Source: an uncultured Kangiella sp. (GTDB lineage: Bacteria > Pseudomonadota > Gammaproteobacteria > Enterobacterales > Kangiellaceae). From it: a DNA stretch of 55,131 nt. The position numbers and the translations under genes are program-made. The DNA lies in contig CAZOBX010000005.1 of NCBI GenBank assembly GCA_964578045.1, forward strand, positions 1 to 55,131, given 5' to 3'. Shown here one piece after another: positions 21,310-30,307 of the stretch; position 1 is the first letter of the stretch; each line of letters begins with the position of its first letter. The notes beneath the pieces are model-generated. The model was not told where the DNA came from and searched no databases. It saw only the letters and a list, made by a program, of their open reading frames with translations.

Positions 21310-22242
21310 CTATTTGATCTCGCCAACTCTGTCCAGATCAAATCCGGTAGGGATCCAGGTAAGAAATCGGGTCTTTATACCGAATTCAAAATGCATCCAG
21401 ATACTAACTGCATGGCCGACCATATTTTCTTCCGGTACAAAGTTAGTTGTCTCCCAATAACGACTGTCCTTACTGTTATCTCGATTATCTCCCATCACAA
21501 AATATTTCTTCTGTGGTACTTTAAATTGTGAATCAACGTAGCGTCCTTCTTTGGTCCGTGCCCTGATTCTTGGATTATTGAGTATTCCATGTTTCACACC
21601 ATCAAGATCTTCTTCATATTCTGTGTTGACATAACCAATGCCTGTGTCGGGATTTTTATCGATATAACCAGGACCTGATACTTGGGTTTTTTTGATGTGC
21701 ATCTTTTTGGGGCATTCTGCCACTGGAATTCCGGTGGCGCAAAAAGGAATAATGTAAAGCTCTTTTTCTCGAGTGTATATTACGGTATCGCCGGGCAGGC
21801 CAATGATCCGTTTGATGTAATCTTCACCGGTATCTGGCGCTCGAAAAACCGCCACATCACCTCTTTTTGGTAATCCCACTTCAATGACTTTTTCGGATGT
21901 GATTGGAAGTCGTAAGCCATAGTCATACTTATTAACAAGAATGAAATCACCTTCGGTTAATGTGGGTTTCATTGAAGCCGAAGGAATTTGAAAAGGCTCG
22001 TACAGAAACGAACGTAGTACCACAATAAAAAATAAAATCGGAAAAAAAGATTTAGCATAATCAACATGGATCGGTTCTTTTGAAACCGAATCGATGGCTT
22101 CTTGAGGTGGCTTAAGCATGTCGTCATATAATTTTTTAACTGCTGCTTTTCGTTTTTTACCGGCAGTTTGCGAATCGATCAACCAAATGATCCCCGAGAC
22201 AAACATCAACACCACTAAAATTATTCCGTATAAACTACTCAT
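21310..22242 (-). CDS. lepB: Signal peptidase I
   Basis: 310 aa with the SASMKPTL serine box, and GDNRDNSKDSRYW. Confidence 0.95.
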   Translation of the reverse strand: MSSLYGIILVVLMFVSGIIWLIDSQTAGKKRKAAVKKLYDDMLKPPQEAIDSVSKEPIHVDYAKSFFPILFFIVVLRSFLYEPFQIPSASMKPTLTEGDFILVNKYDYGLRLPITSEKVIEVGLPKRGDVAVFRAPDTGEDYIKRIIGLPGDTVIYTREKELYIIPFCATGIPVAECPKKMHIKKTQVSGPGYIDKNPDTGIGYVNTEYEEDLDGVKHGILNNPRIRARTKEGRYVDSQFKVPQKKYFVMGDNRDNSKDSRYWETTNFVPEENMVGHAVSIWMHFEFGIKTRFLTWIPTGFDLDRVGEIK

Positions 22243-22403
22243 TTATTATCCTGTTTCTATGTTTCATTACTCTAAATTCTCAACAAAATTTCTAACTTTC
22301 TCTGCTTGGCAAGTAATTCTGTATGTACTATACCTGTAGGAGTGAGTTTATTTGCGGTAACATGGTGAAATGTCTAACCGCTCCTATCCCAGCAACTATA
22401 ACT

Positions 22404-24203
22404 TTAATCATTGATTTTTAAAACGGCTAAAAAGGCTTCCTGCGGAATATCCACTTTACCGATACTCTTCATCCGCTTTTTGCCCGCTTTTTGCTTTTCC
22501 AATAACTTTCGCTTACGACTTATATCGCCACCATAACATTTAGCAATAACGTTCTTGCGTAGCGCTTTAACCGTCGAACGAGAGATTATATGAGAACCGA
22601 TTGCGGCCTGTATCGCTACTTCAAACATCTGCCGAGGGATTAACTCTTTCATCTTATTGACTAAATCCCGACCGCGATATTTTGCTTGATCTCGATGGAC
22701 TATAATTGCCAAAGCATCAACTGTTTCACCATTGATCAGCACATCTAATTTGATAAGGTCAGCCGCCTGGAAATGCTTAAAACCGTAATCCAATGAAGCA
22801 TATCCACGACTGACCGATTTTAACCGGTCAAAGAAATCAAGAACTACCTCATTCATTGGAATTTCGTAGGTTAATGCCACCTGGATCCCCATGTATTCCA
22901 TTTTGGTTTGCATTCCGCGTCTTTCAACACATAAGGTAATAACACTGCCCAAATGTTCTTGGGGGACTAAAATATTAACTTCGGCAATCGGCTCACGCAG
23001 CTCTTCGATGGTGCTGGCGTCAGGCAGTTTTGCTGGATTATCAACATAAACCAGCTCATCTTTGGTGGTCATAATTTCATAGACCACTGTTGGCGCAGTA
23101 GTGATCAAGTCTAAATCGTATTCTCTTTCAAGCCGTTCCTGGATAATTTCCATGTGCAACAAGCCTAGGAAACCGCACCGAAAACCAAATCCTAATGCTT
23201 GCGAATTTTCAGGTTCAAAAAACAATGAGGCGTCATTCAGACTCAGTTTATTTAACGCGTCTCGGAAGGATTCGTAATCGTCCGATGATATTGGAAACAT
23301 ACCGGCATAAACCTGAGGTTTTACCTTTTTGAATCCCTTAAGCGGCTCGCTGGCACCGTCTTTCATCAAAGTAATAGTATCGCCAACTGGCGCGCCATGA
23401 ATATCTTTAATGCCGGCAATCACATAACCCACTTCACCGGCCTTCAATTCCGGTAAATCATTGCGTTTAGGTGTGTAAATTCCAACAAAATCAACCAGAT
23501 GCTGTTTACCGATCGACATTACCTGCATTTTACCGCCTTTTTTCAAGGTCCCTTGCACAACTCTGACTAAAGACACAACACCTAAGTAGTTATCGAACCA
23601 GGAATCGATAATCAGCGCTTTTAAAGGCGCGTCAGGATCGCCTGTAGGTGGTGGGATTTTTGCGACTAGATCTTCTAATAATTCCTCGATGCCCACACCG
23701 GTTTTAGCACTACATTGCACAGCGTCCATGGCTTCAAGACCAATAATGTCTTCAATTTCTTGAGCGACACGAACTGGATCGGCTTGCGGAAGATCGATTT
23801 TATTTAATACTGGAATAACCTCTAAATCATATTCGATAGCGGTGTAACAATTAGCCAGAGTCTGAGCTTCGACACCTTGCCCCGCATCAACTACCAACAA
23901 AGCCCCTTCACAAGCGGCTAAAGAACGTGAAACCTCATAAGAAAAATCCACATGGCCGGGCGTATCAATAAAATTGAGTTGATAAGGGTTGCCGTCTTTT
24001 GCGTTATACACCAAAGTGACGCTTTGAGCTTTAATCGTGATGCCTCTTTCACGCTCAATATCCATCGAATCAAGCACTTGCGCTGACATTTCTCTTTCAG
24101 TTAAGCCACCACAGTACTGTATCAATCGATCGGACAAGGTTGATTTTCCGTGATCGATATGGGCAATTATTGAGAAATTGCGAATATATTGAGTATAAGA
24201 CAT
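22404..24203 (-). CDS. lepA: Translation elongation factor 4 (LepA)
   Basis: The homologous N-terminus ([23 protein letters not shown]) starts at the ATG at 24203. The track's earlier start at 24248 looks like an upstream extension. Confidence 0.95.
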   Translation of the reverse strand: MSYTQYIRNFSIIAHIDHGKSTLSDRLIQYCGGLTEREMSAQVLDSMDIERERGITIKAQSVTLVYNAKDGNPYQLNFIDTPGHVDFSYEVSRSLAACEGALLVVDAGQGVEAQTLANCYTAIEYDLEVIPVLNKIDLPQADPVRVAQEIEDIIGLEAMDAVQCSAKTGVGIEELLEDLVAKIPPPTGDPDAPLKALIIDSWFDNYLGVVSLVRVVQGTLKKGGKMQVMSIGKQHLVDFVGIYTPKRNDLPELKAGEVGYVIAGIKDIHGAPVGDTITLMKDGASEPLKGFKKVKPQVYAGMFPISSDDYESFRDALNKLSLNDASLFFEPENSQALGFGFRCGFLGLLHMEIIQERLEREYDLDLITTAPTVVYEIMTTKDELVYVDNPAKLPDASTIEELREPIAEVNILVPQEHLGSVITLCVERRGMQTKMEYMGIQVALTYEIPMNEVVLDFFDRLKSVSRGYASLDYGFKHFQAADLIKLDVLINGETVDALAIIVHRDQAKYRGRDLVNKMKELIPRQMFEVAIQAAIGSHIISRSTVKALRKNVIAKCYGGDISRKRKLLEKQKAGKKRMKSIGKVDIPQEAFLAVLKIND

Positions 24204-24500
24204 AGTTTTTTTGCTGAGATTACCGCTAAACCGATAACCCTGGACCAATCAGTTTGAATCCTGGAATGAGCGCTACGCCATGCTCTGCACAGCGTAGCGA
24301 AAATTGATGCGGTCACCTTGCAGGTAATGAGTCAATTTATAGCATAACCAGGCGCGCTGTGTGCTGGCGCTCTTTCTCATGTTTCAACTTATTTATCTAG
24401 GATAATGTTCGGTGTATTTACGTGAATTTTAAAGGGGCGAATTGTACCTTATTTTGGCCATTAGTGTTGTGCTTATTGTCTTTTTTGTTGGCACAATAGC

Positions 24501-25412
24501 TCAGTAAATCTTAGCCTCTCCCGGTGGTCGATTTCTAAATCGTTGATGCAACCACATATAATCCACCGGATATTGTTTTAAATAGTTTTCCAGAAATAAA
24601 TTGATCTGAGCGGCATCCTCGACTTCATTGTCGCCGGGAAAGGGATCAAATGCCGGATAAAGGGTCAACTGATAACGGTCGTCACCTTCTAAGCGTCTTT
24701 GTGTAAAAGGTACCACTGCCGCTCCGGTCATTTGAGCCAGTTTGGTAGTGGCAGTGATAGTCGCGGTCTGAATGCCGAAAAAAGGTACAAAAACCACTGT
24801 TTTACCACCATAGTTTTGATCGGCGGCGTACCATACAATGTTATTTTTGCGTAAAGTCTTGACCGTGCCTCTTACGTTATCTCTCGCCAGTAAGCCTTTT
24901 AAATGGCGCAATCGTCCCTCACACATGGCATTTTCAAACAGCGGATTTTTGTTGGGTTTATACATCGCGAAAAAATCGTAATGAGCTCCCAATAAACAGC
25001 CGCCGATCTCCAAACTGGTCATATGGAAACTCAAAAGTATCACTCCCTTACCTTTGGCAAGCGCGGCGTCCAAATTTTCTTTCCCGCTAACACAAGTATT
25101 ACGTTGCTGCATTTTTAAATCACTATACCAACAACTGGCGGTTTCAATTAATCCTCTTCCGGTCGCCGCCAGATTTTGTTTGATTAGCTGGTTTGTCTCA
25201 GACTCGTTTAACTCCGGATAACATAATTCAATATTTATATTGGTAATACGACGGCGTTTTTTGGCTAAGATGCGCATTAAAAAACCCAAACTATTACCCA
25301 GATTTCGTCGCCAACTTGCTGGCATTCTGGCGATTAATTTTAAAATAAACAAGCTAACATGAGTTGGCCAATATTTTAGTGCGTTATAATTCTGAGAGTC
25401 TTGCTGAGACAT
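24501..25412 (-). CDS. lpxL: Lipid A biosynthesis (lauroyl/Kdo2-lipid IVA) acyltransferase, LpxL/HtrB family
   Basis: Family similarity begins at the ATG at 25412 (MSQQDSQNYNALKYWPTHV, compare E. coli LpxL ..LLHPRYWLTW). The 51 upstream codons of track ORF 24501..25565 come from the family-1 repeat. The HMTSLE acyltransferase H-box region is present. Confidence 0.85.
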   Translation of the reverse strand: MSQQDSQNYNALKYWPTHVSLFILKLIARMPASWRRNLGNSLGFLMRILAKKRRRITNINIELCYPELNESETNQLIKQNLAATGRGLIETASCWYSDLKMQQRNTCVSGKENLDAALAKGKGVILLSFHMTSLEIGGCLLGAHYDFFAMYKPNKNPLFENAMCEGRLRHLKGLLARDNVRGTVKTLRKNNIVWYAADQNYGGKTVVFVPFFGIQTATITATTKLAQMTGAAVVPFTQRRLEGDDRYQLTLYPAFDPFPGDNEVEDAAQINLFLENYLKQYPVDYMWLHQRFRNRPPGEAKIY

Positions 25413-25452
25413 ATTATTGATTATCCTGGCCTCATCTTTTGAGGAGCTGTAT

Positions 25453-25649
25453 AACCTCAACTCGGGATAATAGCAACCATCCAGCATCAGTATTTTAGCG
25501 ACTCGACCCGTTAAGTTTGCTTTCAATAGCTCGCTATTAACGCACAAACTTGCCTTGATAGTCACCTAAATACTGATACTGGTCAATGAGCCCTTATTTA
25601 ATCTGATACTTTAGGGTATTACTGGTTACTCTTATCCCGAGTTGAGGTT
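25453..25649. repeat. Full-length 197-bp TIR-bounded dispersed element (family 1), inverted relative to the 40270-40466 copy
   Basis: Ends are AACCTCAACTCGGGATAA... and ...CTTATCCCGAGTTGAGGTT. In the 114 nt I aligned by hand to the copy at 40270-40466 there are about 14 mismatches. It overlaps the 3' end and stop codon of the upstream glycosyltransferase gene. Confidence 0.8.
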
Positions 25650-26818
25650 ATATAATTATATTGTTTGATCGAATCCAAAATCGTTTGTCGATAGGCTTTC
25701 AATAAATGGCTGTCAAGGTAAGTAATTACCGACTCTTTTTGCGACTCAAAAACGCTTTCTGTTTTACAGATAGTCAGCAACTTCAGGTACAGCGATTGTG
25801 CTTCATCGATATCGTCGCCCACTTGATATAGATTATTGTCTTGGATATATTCAGGATAAGCTACTCGATTGGGCGCCACCGGAATACAACCAGAACATAT
25901 CGCTTCCAACATGCTTAATCCTTGAAAATCATGCCGAGCTGTTGAAATGACGATATCAGCTCCAGCCAGGATCTGATAGTAGTCCTGTTTTGGCTGAAAC
26001 CCCCAGGTCTGTATTTCATCCTTTAACAAGTGCTCAGCGTCATGGAAACAGGCTGGTTTTTGCCGAAACGATTGTCCTAATACGTGCAGCCTAAACGGAA
26101 AGCCCTGTTGTTTCAATAAAATCATCGCATCAAAAAAAACCTCCGGTTGTTTGTCATATTCCCAGCGATGATTCCAGATTATCTGCAACGGGTGGTCGTT
26201 GGAAAATCGGTCCCGACGATTAGACTTTTTGCTTGCTACTATCGCGCTAGCAGAGATAGCGACCGGAAGAACTTGAGATTTTTGTTTAACGCCAGTCAGT
26301 AATTTGTTGGGAATACCATCAGGCAGTTTTTCTAGTAGATTTTCTGCGCCGTCGAAAAAAGTCCGTTGATTATATTTTGAATTAAACAGAATAGTGTCTG
26401 CACATAGCAGTGCATAAATAGAGGTTAGTTGTGCATTGACAGTATTCTCAGCGGTAGTTTTAGTCGATGCTGACTCCGCGACAGGATAATCAAACTGATT
26501 TTCATGAAAATAAAGGATATTGGGAATATCCGCTAACTGAGGTACAAATCCCCTGAGACTGGCCAGATCAACCATCGACGTAGCGATCAAACAGTCGTAC
26601 CGGCGTGCTAAAATTTCTTTATGTTGAAATGCAAAGGTCAAACTGTTGCCTCTGACCCGCCAGGAAAAATAGCGATCAGGGAGCGCAATTTCAGTCCAGT
26701 CAAATTCTTTTAATCCATGAACTAAGGAATTTCGCCAATAACGATGACTGGCCGCATCGTAGCCGGACAGAAGTAAAATTCGCGGTTTGCTGGTCGATGA
26801 TATTGGCATTGAGAGCAT
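25619..26818 (-). CDS. DUF3524-domain GT4 glycosyltransferase (bacterial homolog of eukaryotic GTDC1/QTMAN)
   Basis: The N-terminal ILLLSGYDAASHRYWRNSL motif is typical of DUF3524, followed by a C-terminal glycosyl transferase group 1 region. The likely start is ATG 26818 or 26809, because the track start 26920 overlaps the MarR gene. The last ~10 codons and the stop lie in the repeat. Confidence 0.8.
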   Translation of the reverse strand: MLSMPISSTSKPRILLLSGYDAASHRYWRNSLVHGLKEFDWTEIALPDRYFSWRVRGNSLTFAFQHKEILARRYDCLIATSMVDLASLRGFVPQLADIPNILYFHENQFDYPVAESASTKTTAENTVNAQLTSIYALLCADTILFNSKYNQRTFFDGAENLLEKLPDGIPNKLLTGVKQKSQVLPVAISASAIVASKKSNRRDRFSNDHPLQIIWNHRWEYDKQPEVFFDAMILLKQQGFPFRLHVLGQSFRQKPACFHDAEHLLKDEIQTWGFQPKQDYYQILAGADIVISTARHDFQGLSMLEAICSGCIPVAPNRVAYPEYIQDNNLYQVGDDIDEAQSLYLKLLTICKTESVFESQKESVITYLDSHLLKAYRQTILDSIKQYNYITSTRDKSNQ

Positions 26819-26837
26819 TCTACAGTTATTCGCAAGC

Positions 26838-27428
26838 TTAAAATTTGCCACAACTCTTTTTATGCCATCGAATAATTTCTTTCTGGTCGGCAGGAATGGT
26901 TCGACCCGCCAACTGTTCATCTATGGCATGATTTGCCATCAGAGCCTCGGCCTTATTTTCAATCAACGATAACAAGCGCATAAGCTCGTCTTTTTCTTTT
27001 GGCGACATGACCGATTCTAATTCTAATGTACGAATTTGGATCGCTTCACACAAACGGTAGTAAATCTCCAGGCCTTTATCGGTTAGAATCAGTTTTTTGA
27101 CTTTGCGGTTATTATCAGATAATTCGATATCAATAAGTTGTTCCTTCACTAAACTCTTTACCGCTCGACTGACGGTATAGGAATCCAATCGCCCCAGATA
27201 GGCGATATCAGCCGCTTTGATAGGCATAAAACTTCCAACATTTAACAGTACTCGAAATTCTCGTGGTTCCAGCTTGGTAATTTTACGGATTGCCGCATCT
27301 TTATTAAGTTGTAGCAGGTTAGTCACCACCGCTATTTGAAATGGCAAATGCTGGTATAGATCCAGAGGATCATTAGTCCGTTCGGTCAAAGGGAATTTTA
27401 TTTTTGTGGCTGTATATAATTGGTTCAA
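26838..27428 (-). CDS. MarR family transcriptional regulator
   Basis: 196 aa with a winged-helix core (FRVLLNVGSF...ADIAYLGRLDSYTVSRAVKSL...KKLILTDKG). Confidence 0.85.
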   Translation of the reverse strand: MNQLYTATKIKFPLTERTNDPLDLYQHLPFQIAVVTNLLQLNKDAAIRKITKLEPREFRVLLNVGSFMPIKAADIAYLGRLDSYTVSRAVKSLVKEQLIDIELSDNNRKVKKLILTDKGLEIYYRLCEAIQIRTLELESVMSPKEKDELMRLLSLIENKAEALMANHAIDEQLAGRTIPADQKEIIRWHKKSCGKF

Positions 27429-27509
27429 TGGTCTTTAGTCAGGCAGCTAGTTAAGAAGCTCAAATAATAACAACATAACTTGCAAATAGAAATACTACCT
27501 AAGCAAGTG

Positions 27510-28403
27510 TTATGCCTCAGTCTCGGTGTCGCCATTTAACTTATCAAACTTGAATTCATAGCTTGTATCGGAACAAATCGACTGATAGACATTGATTTTG
27601 CTTGCTACCTGTTTCGCTAGCAGACTCATTTGCTCCACCTTTAACACGGGTACTGACGCGCCAATGTAGATACTCTGGATCAACTCACTTGGAAAGCTTA
27701 AACATAATTCATCTTCAACGCTTCTCTCTATTACCAATCGCCATTCTTTTTGACTTCTAAAATGGTAATTTTGAGTAAGTAGTTGCTTCATGAAGTCGAT
27801 CGGCATTTCATTGATATCACCCACCATAAAATCGACACAATTCCGGACGCTCACAGTTTTCGGAGGTATTTTGCTGTACTTTATCGGAACACATTGTTTA
27901 AAAATTGAATCTTCAGTACATTTAAATTTGATCACCACACCAGAATACCATTCTGCCTCTAAAAGCCACAGCTCTGAGTTATTGGCGCTTTCAAAAAATG
28001 GTAACAACCGTTTGTTTTCAACAAATGATAGCCAATCAGCGTGAATTTCTTTGGCATGATTAAAAGACTTTTCAACCATCGCTGGCAATAATCCGACTAG
28101 CGATTCTCTGATTTCGGTTTCATCACTAAAACGGTTTTCACCACGCCATCGTTTTATCGCCTTTTGCAGTGGATGATTGGGATTTCCTTTTGGCGCGGCT
28201 TTTCCCAAAATAGCCGAGGTCATATATTTTACGGACAGCTCGAACAAAGCCTGGCAATCAAAATCCAGTTGAGTAAATTTGTTGGGTAAGAATGGATCCC
28301 GAAGCTCATCGGCCTGAAACAAAGGCAACGACTGGTGTTTCAGGATCTGCATAACACCCTGAAAACTACCGTAATAGGCAAGAGACGGAGGTAAATCGGC
28401 CAT
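27510..28403 (-). CDS. Hypothetical protein, DUF2971-like
   Basis: 297-aa ORF with good coding appearance. Its motifs (ELWLLEAEWYSG, SQKEWRLV) resemble DUF2971 as I recall it. Not verified. Confidence 0.55.
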   Translation of the reverse strand: MADLPPSLAYYGSFQGVMQILKHQSLPLFQADELRDPFLPNKFTQLDFDCQALFELSVKYMTSAILGKAAPKGNPNHPLQKAIKRWRGENRFSDETEIRESLVGLLPAMVEKSFNHAKEIHADWLSFVENKRLLPFFESANNSELWLLEAEWYSGVVIKFKCTEDSIFKQCVPIKYSKIPPKTVSVRNCVDFMVGDINEMPIDFMKQLLTQNYHFRSQKEWRLVIERSVEDELCLSFPSELIQSIYIGASVPVLKVEQMSLLAKQVASKINVYQSICSDTSYEFKFDKLNGDTETEA

Positions 28404-29011
28404 TTTAATTATTCTTTCCTGGTATAAGACTATGCAGTCTCATGACTACATCGCTCAATGGGTTCAAAATAATTGTAGTTGAAATAAATGAAGTTAGGAT
28501 CTCTTTTGTCGACCGAATCAACTCAATTGACAACTTTGCAGCGAATTTTATCTCTTATTTTCGACCATCGCGCTACAAAAGTGCGAGTAATTGCCAATCT
28601 TGGGAATCAGTTGAATGATTTACCATTTTGTTACCCACAGCATTGTTTTTATGATCAAAGTGTCGACAATTAACAGTTTAATCTAGCAGTTGGCTCTGGT
28701 AAAGCATAGACCACACATAATAAGATAGGGGAGAGCTAATCGATTAAAGGGATAACGATGAATTATTATAAACCGCTAGCAGGTATAAATTTCTTTGTCG
28801 CTATCGAACTGTACTTTGTTGCGCCTGAACCTGTTTACGCAAAAATAATCGACCAAGTCTCTAATCAAATTGATAGCCAGCAACAATCCACTCGAGCGCC
28901 ACATCAGACTTCTCAATTTGGTCAACTGGTCGGAAGTTTATCGAATCGAAGCATTTAGAATAGAATAGCATTTTATCCAATTTACCATTTATACAGTCTA
29001 CTGGAGCTCAA

Positions 29012-29569
29012 ATGAACGCAATAGTGAATATGTTACGGCTAATATTATTAGCTTTTTTAGTCTTTACTCAATCTGTTTATGGGGCTAATGAAAAAAACCA
29101 CCCTTGTGAAAGCGAAAAATATCGCGCATTCGATTTTTGGCTTGGAGAGTGGTTAGTCACCTCGCCAAATCAAAAAACGCCACCTTCACATAGCTCAATC
29201 ACCCGTTCTAATAAAGGCTGTTCAATCCACGAAAGATATACCACCGCAGGAGGATATACAGGAAACAGTATCAATTTTTACGACAAAAAATCCAATCGAT
29301 GGCATCAAACCTGGATTGATAACCAGGGCGCCCCGCTCTATCTGGATGGTGAGTTTACCAATGGTTCGATGGTTTTGTCCGACGGCAATAATCGGATCAG
29401 CTGGAGGTTACTCGAAAACAAGCAGGTCAATCAGATCTGGGAAGTAACCACAGACAATGGCAAAACCTGGGAAAAAATATTTGATGGGTTTTATACCCGT
29501 TCCACCTCAAGATGCTCGTTTCAGTGTTCAGCCAGTAAATTTGAACAAGGCATCACTCGCAGGGAATGA
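29012..29569 (+). CDS. Hypothetical secreted protein; 3' end replaced by a MITE insertion
   Basis: 185 aa with a signal peptide (LLAFLVFTQSVYGA) and an FDFWLGEW motif. From codon Y161 (29492) onward the frame reads into the inverted-repeat element. The inferred native end is ...DGFYTRQREK*. Confidence 0.65.
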   Translation: MNAIVNMLRLILLAFLVFTQSVYGANEKNHPCESEKYRAFDFWLGEWLVTSPNQKTPPSHSSITRSNKGCSIHERYTTAGGYTGNSINFYDKKSNRWHQTWIDNQGAPLYLDGEFTNGSMVLSDGNNRISWRLLENKQVNQIWEVTTDNGKTWEKIFDGFYTRSTSRCSFQCSASKFEQGITRRE

Positions 29570-29757
29570 CTCGTCCTTTCCAAGAGTGATAACGCGGTGC
29601 AAGTTTTCTGGCTGAGCACCCGAAGGGCAAAGCTATAAACAACCATCTTCTTCGTTAAGCAATTTTGAGCTAGAATGACTAGCCCTAAAATTCCTTGCCT
29701 TAAATATGGCTGTTTCTAGCCTTGCTGAAACGAGCATCTTGAGGTGGAACGGGTATA
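29492..29757. mobile_element. Non-autonomous MITE-like element with perfect 33-bp terminal inverted repeats (family 2)
   Basis: TATACCCGTTCCACCTCAAGATGCTCGTTTCAG (29492-29524) is the exact reverse complement of 29725-29757. The 200-bp ORF-free interior has no transposase. The outer TA/TATA is compatible with a TA target duplication. Confidence 0.75.
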
Positions 29758-29908
29758 TACTCGCCAAAGGGAAAAATAACGCCAGTGTCCCATATGCGGA
29801 CACTTATCGGTCAATTTCCTTATAAACGGACATCATAATGACTGTTTGATGCCATCCTACAAAGTTATTCGTTATAGATTTCAACAACTTAAGTCGAATA
29901 AAAAATAT

Positions 29909-29924
29909 TGGCACAACTCCTGCT
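29909..29924 (+). promoter_or_regulatory. Sigma-54 (-24/-12) promoter-like motif
   Basis: TGGCACAACTCCTGCT compared with the consensus TGGCACG-N4-TTGCW. The GG and GC elements have the exact canonical spacing. Confidence 0.3.
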
Positions 29925-29966
29925 TGATTAAGATTAATCTCCCATTATTTTTGATAGGAAAATAAA

Positions 29967-30131
29967 ATGATTAGCCCACAACTAATTAAACATCGAGTTT
30001 GTTTTGCCTTCTTTGCTTTTGGTCTTTGTTTGGCGGTTATTCATGGTGCGTGCAGCGGATCGAACCTTGAACACGGCTTTCATCTCACAATGATAAGCGA
30101 TTTGGAAATCATCGTTAGCAGACATCTGTAA
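29967..30131 (+). CDS. Candidate small hydrophobic protein (54 aa)
   Basis: Below the track cutoff. ATG lies 7 nt after AGGAAA. The hand translation is MISPQLIKHRVCFAFFAFGLCLAVIHGACSGSNLEHGFHLTMISDLEIIVSRHL. It sits about 40 nt downstream of the sigma-54-like motif. Confidence 0.2.
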   Translation: MISPQLIKHRVCFAFFAFGLCLAVIHGACSGSNLEHGFHLTMISDLEIIVSRHL

Positions 30132-30307
30132 GTCGTAGTTCTAAAATGTTATCGATACCCAGCAATATCGATCATCATGGAAAAAATTCAAATTTCTCAA
30201 AGCTGAAACTTTATCAATTTCTGCATTCAGCAAAATCTTTTGTTATATCGGTTGGTCATATCAATTATCCGAAGCGAATATACTGCCAGGAAATCTTTTT
30301 TGTTTTG

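Noticed and set aside
24271-24299. 8-bp GC-rich hairpin (CGCTACGC-13 nt-GCGTAGCG) in the GC-richer lepA leader
   Set aside because: No T tract follows it on either strand in the right position, so it is not an intrinsic terminator. It may be a leader structure, but I have no further support.
25413-25565. 51-codon N-terminal extension of the lpxL track ORF
   Set aside because: It is derived from the repeat element. LpxL-family similarity begins at the ATG at 25412.
28488-28958. Two short plus-strand ORFs (61 and 66 aa) in the spacer upstream of the DUF2971-like gene
   Set aside because: Neither has a recognisable family. Only 28758..28958 has a weak Shine-Dalgarno sequence (AGGGA). The evidence is not enough to call genes.
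30036-30075. tRNA-like 3' fragment on the minus strand (AGGTTCGATCCGCTGCACGCACCA), a possible integration-site remnant
   Set aside because: The GGTTCGATCC T-loop look-alike lacks a complementary T-stem (CAAGG versus CGCTG do not pair) and there is no acceptor-stem partner. It is probably chance.
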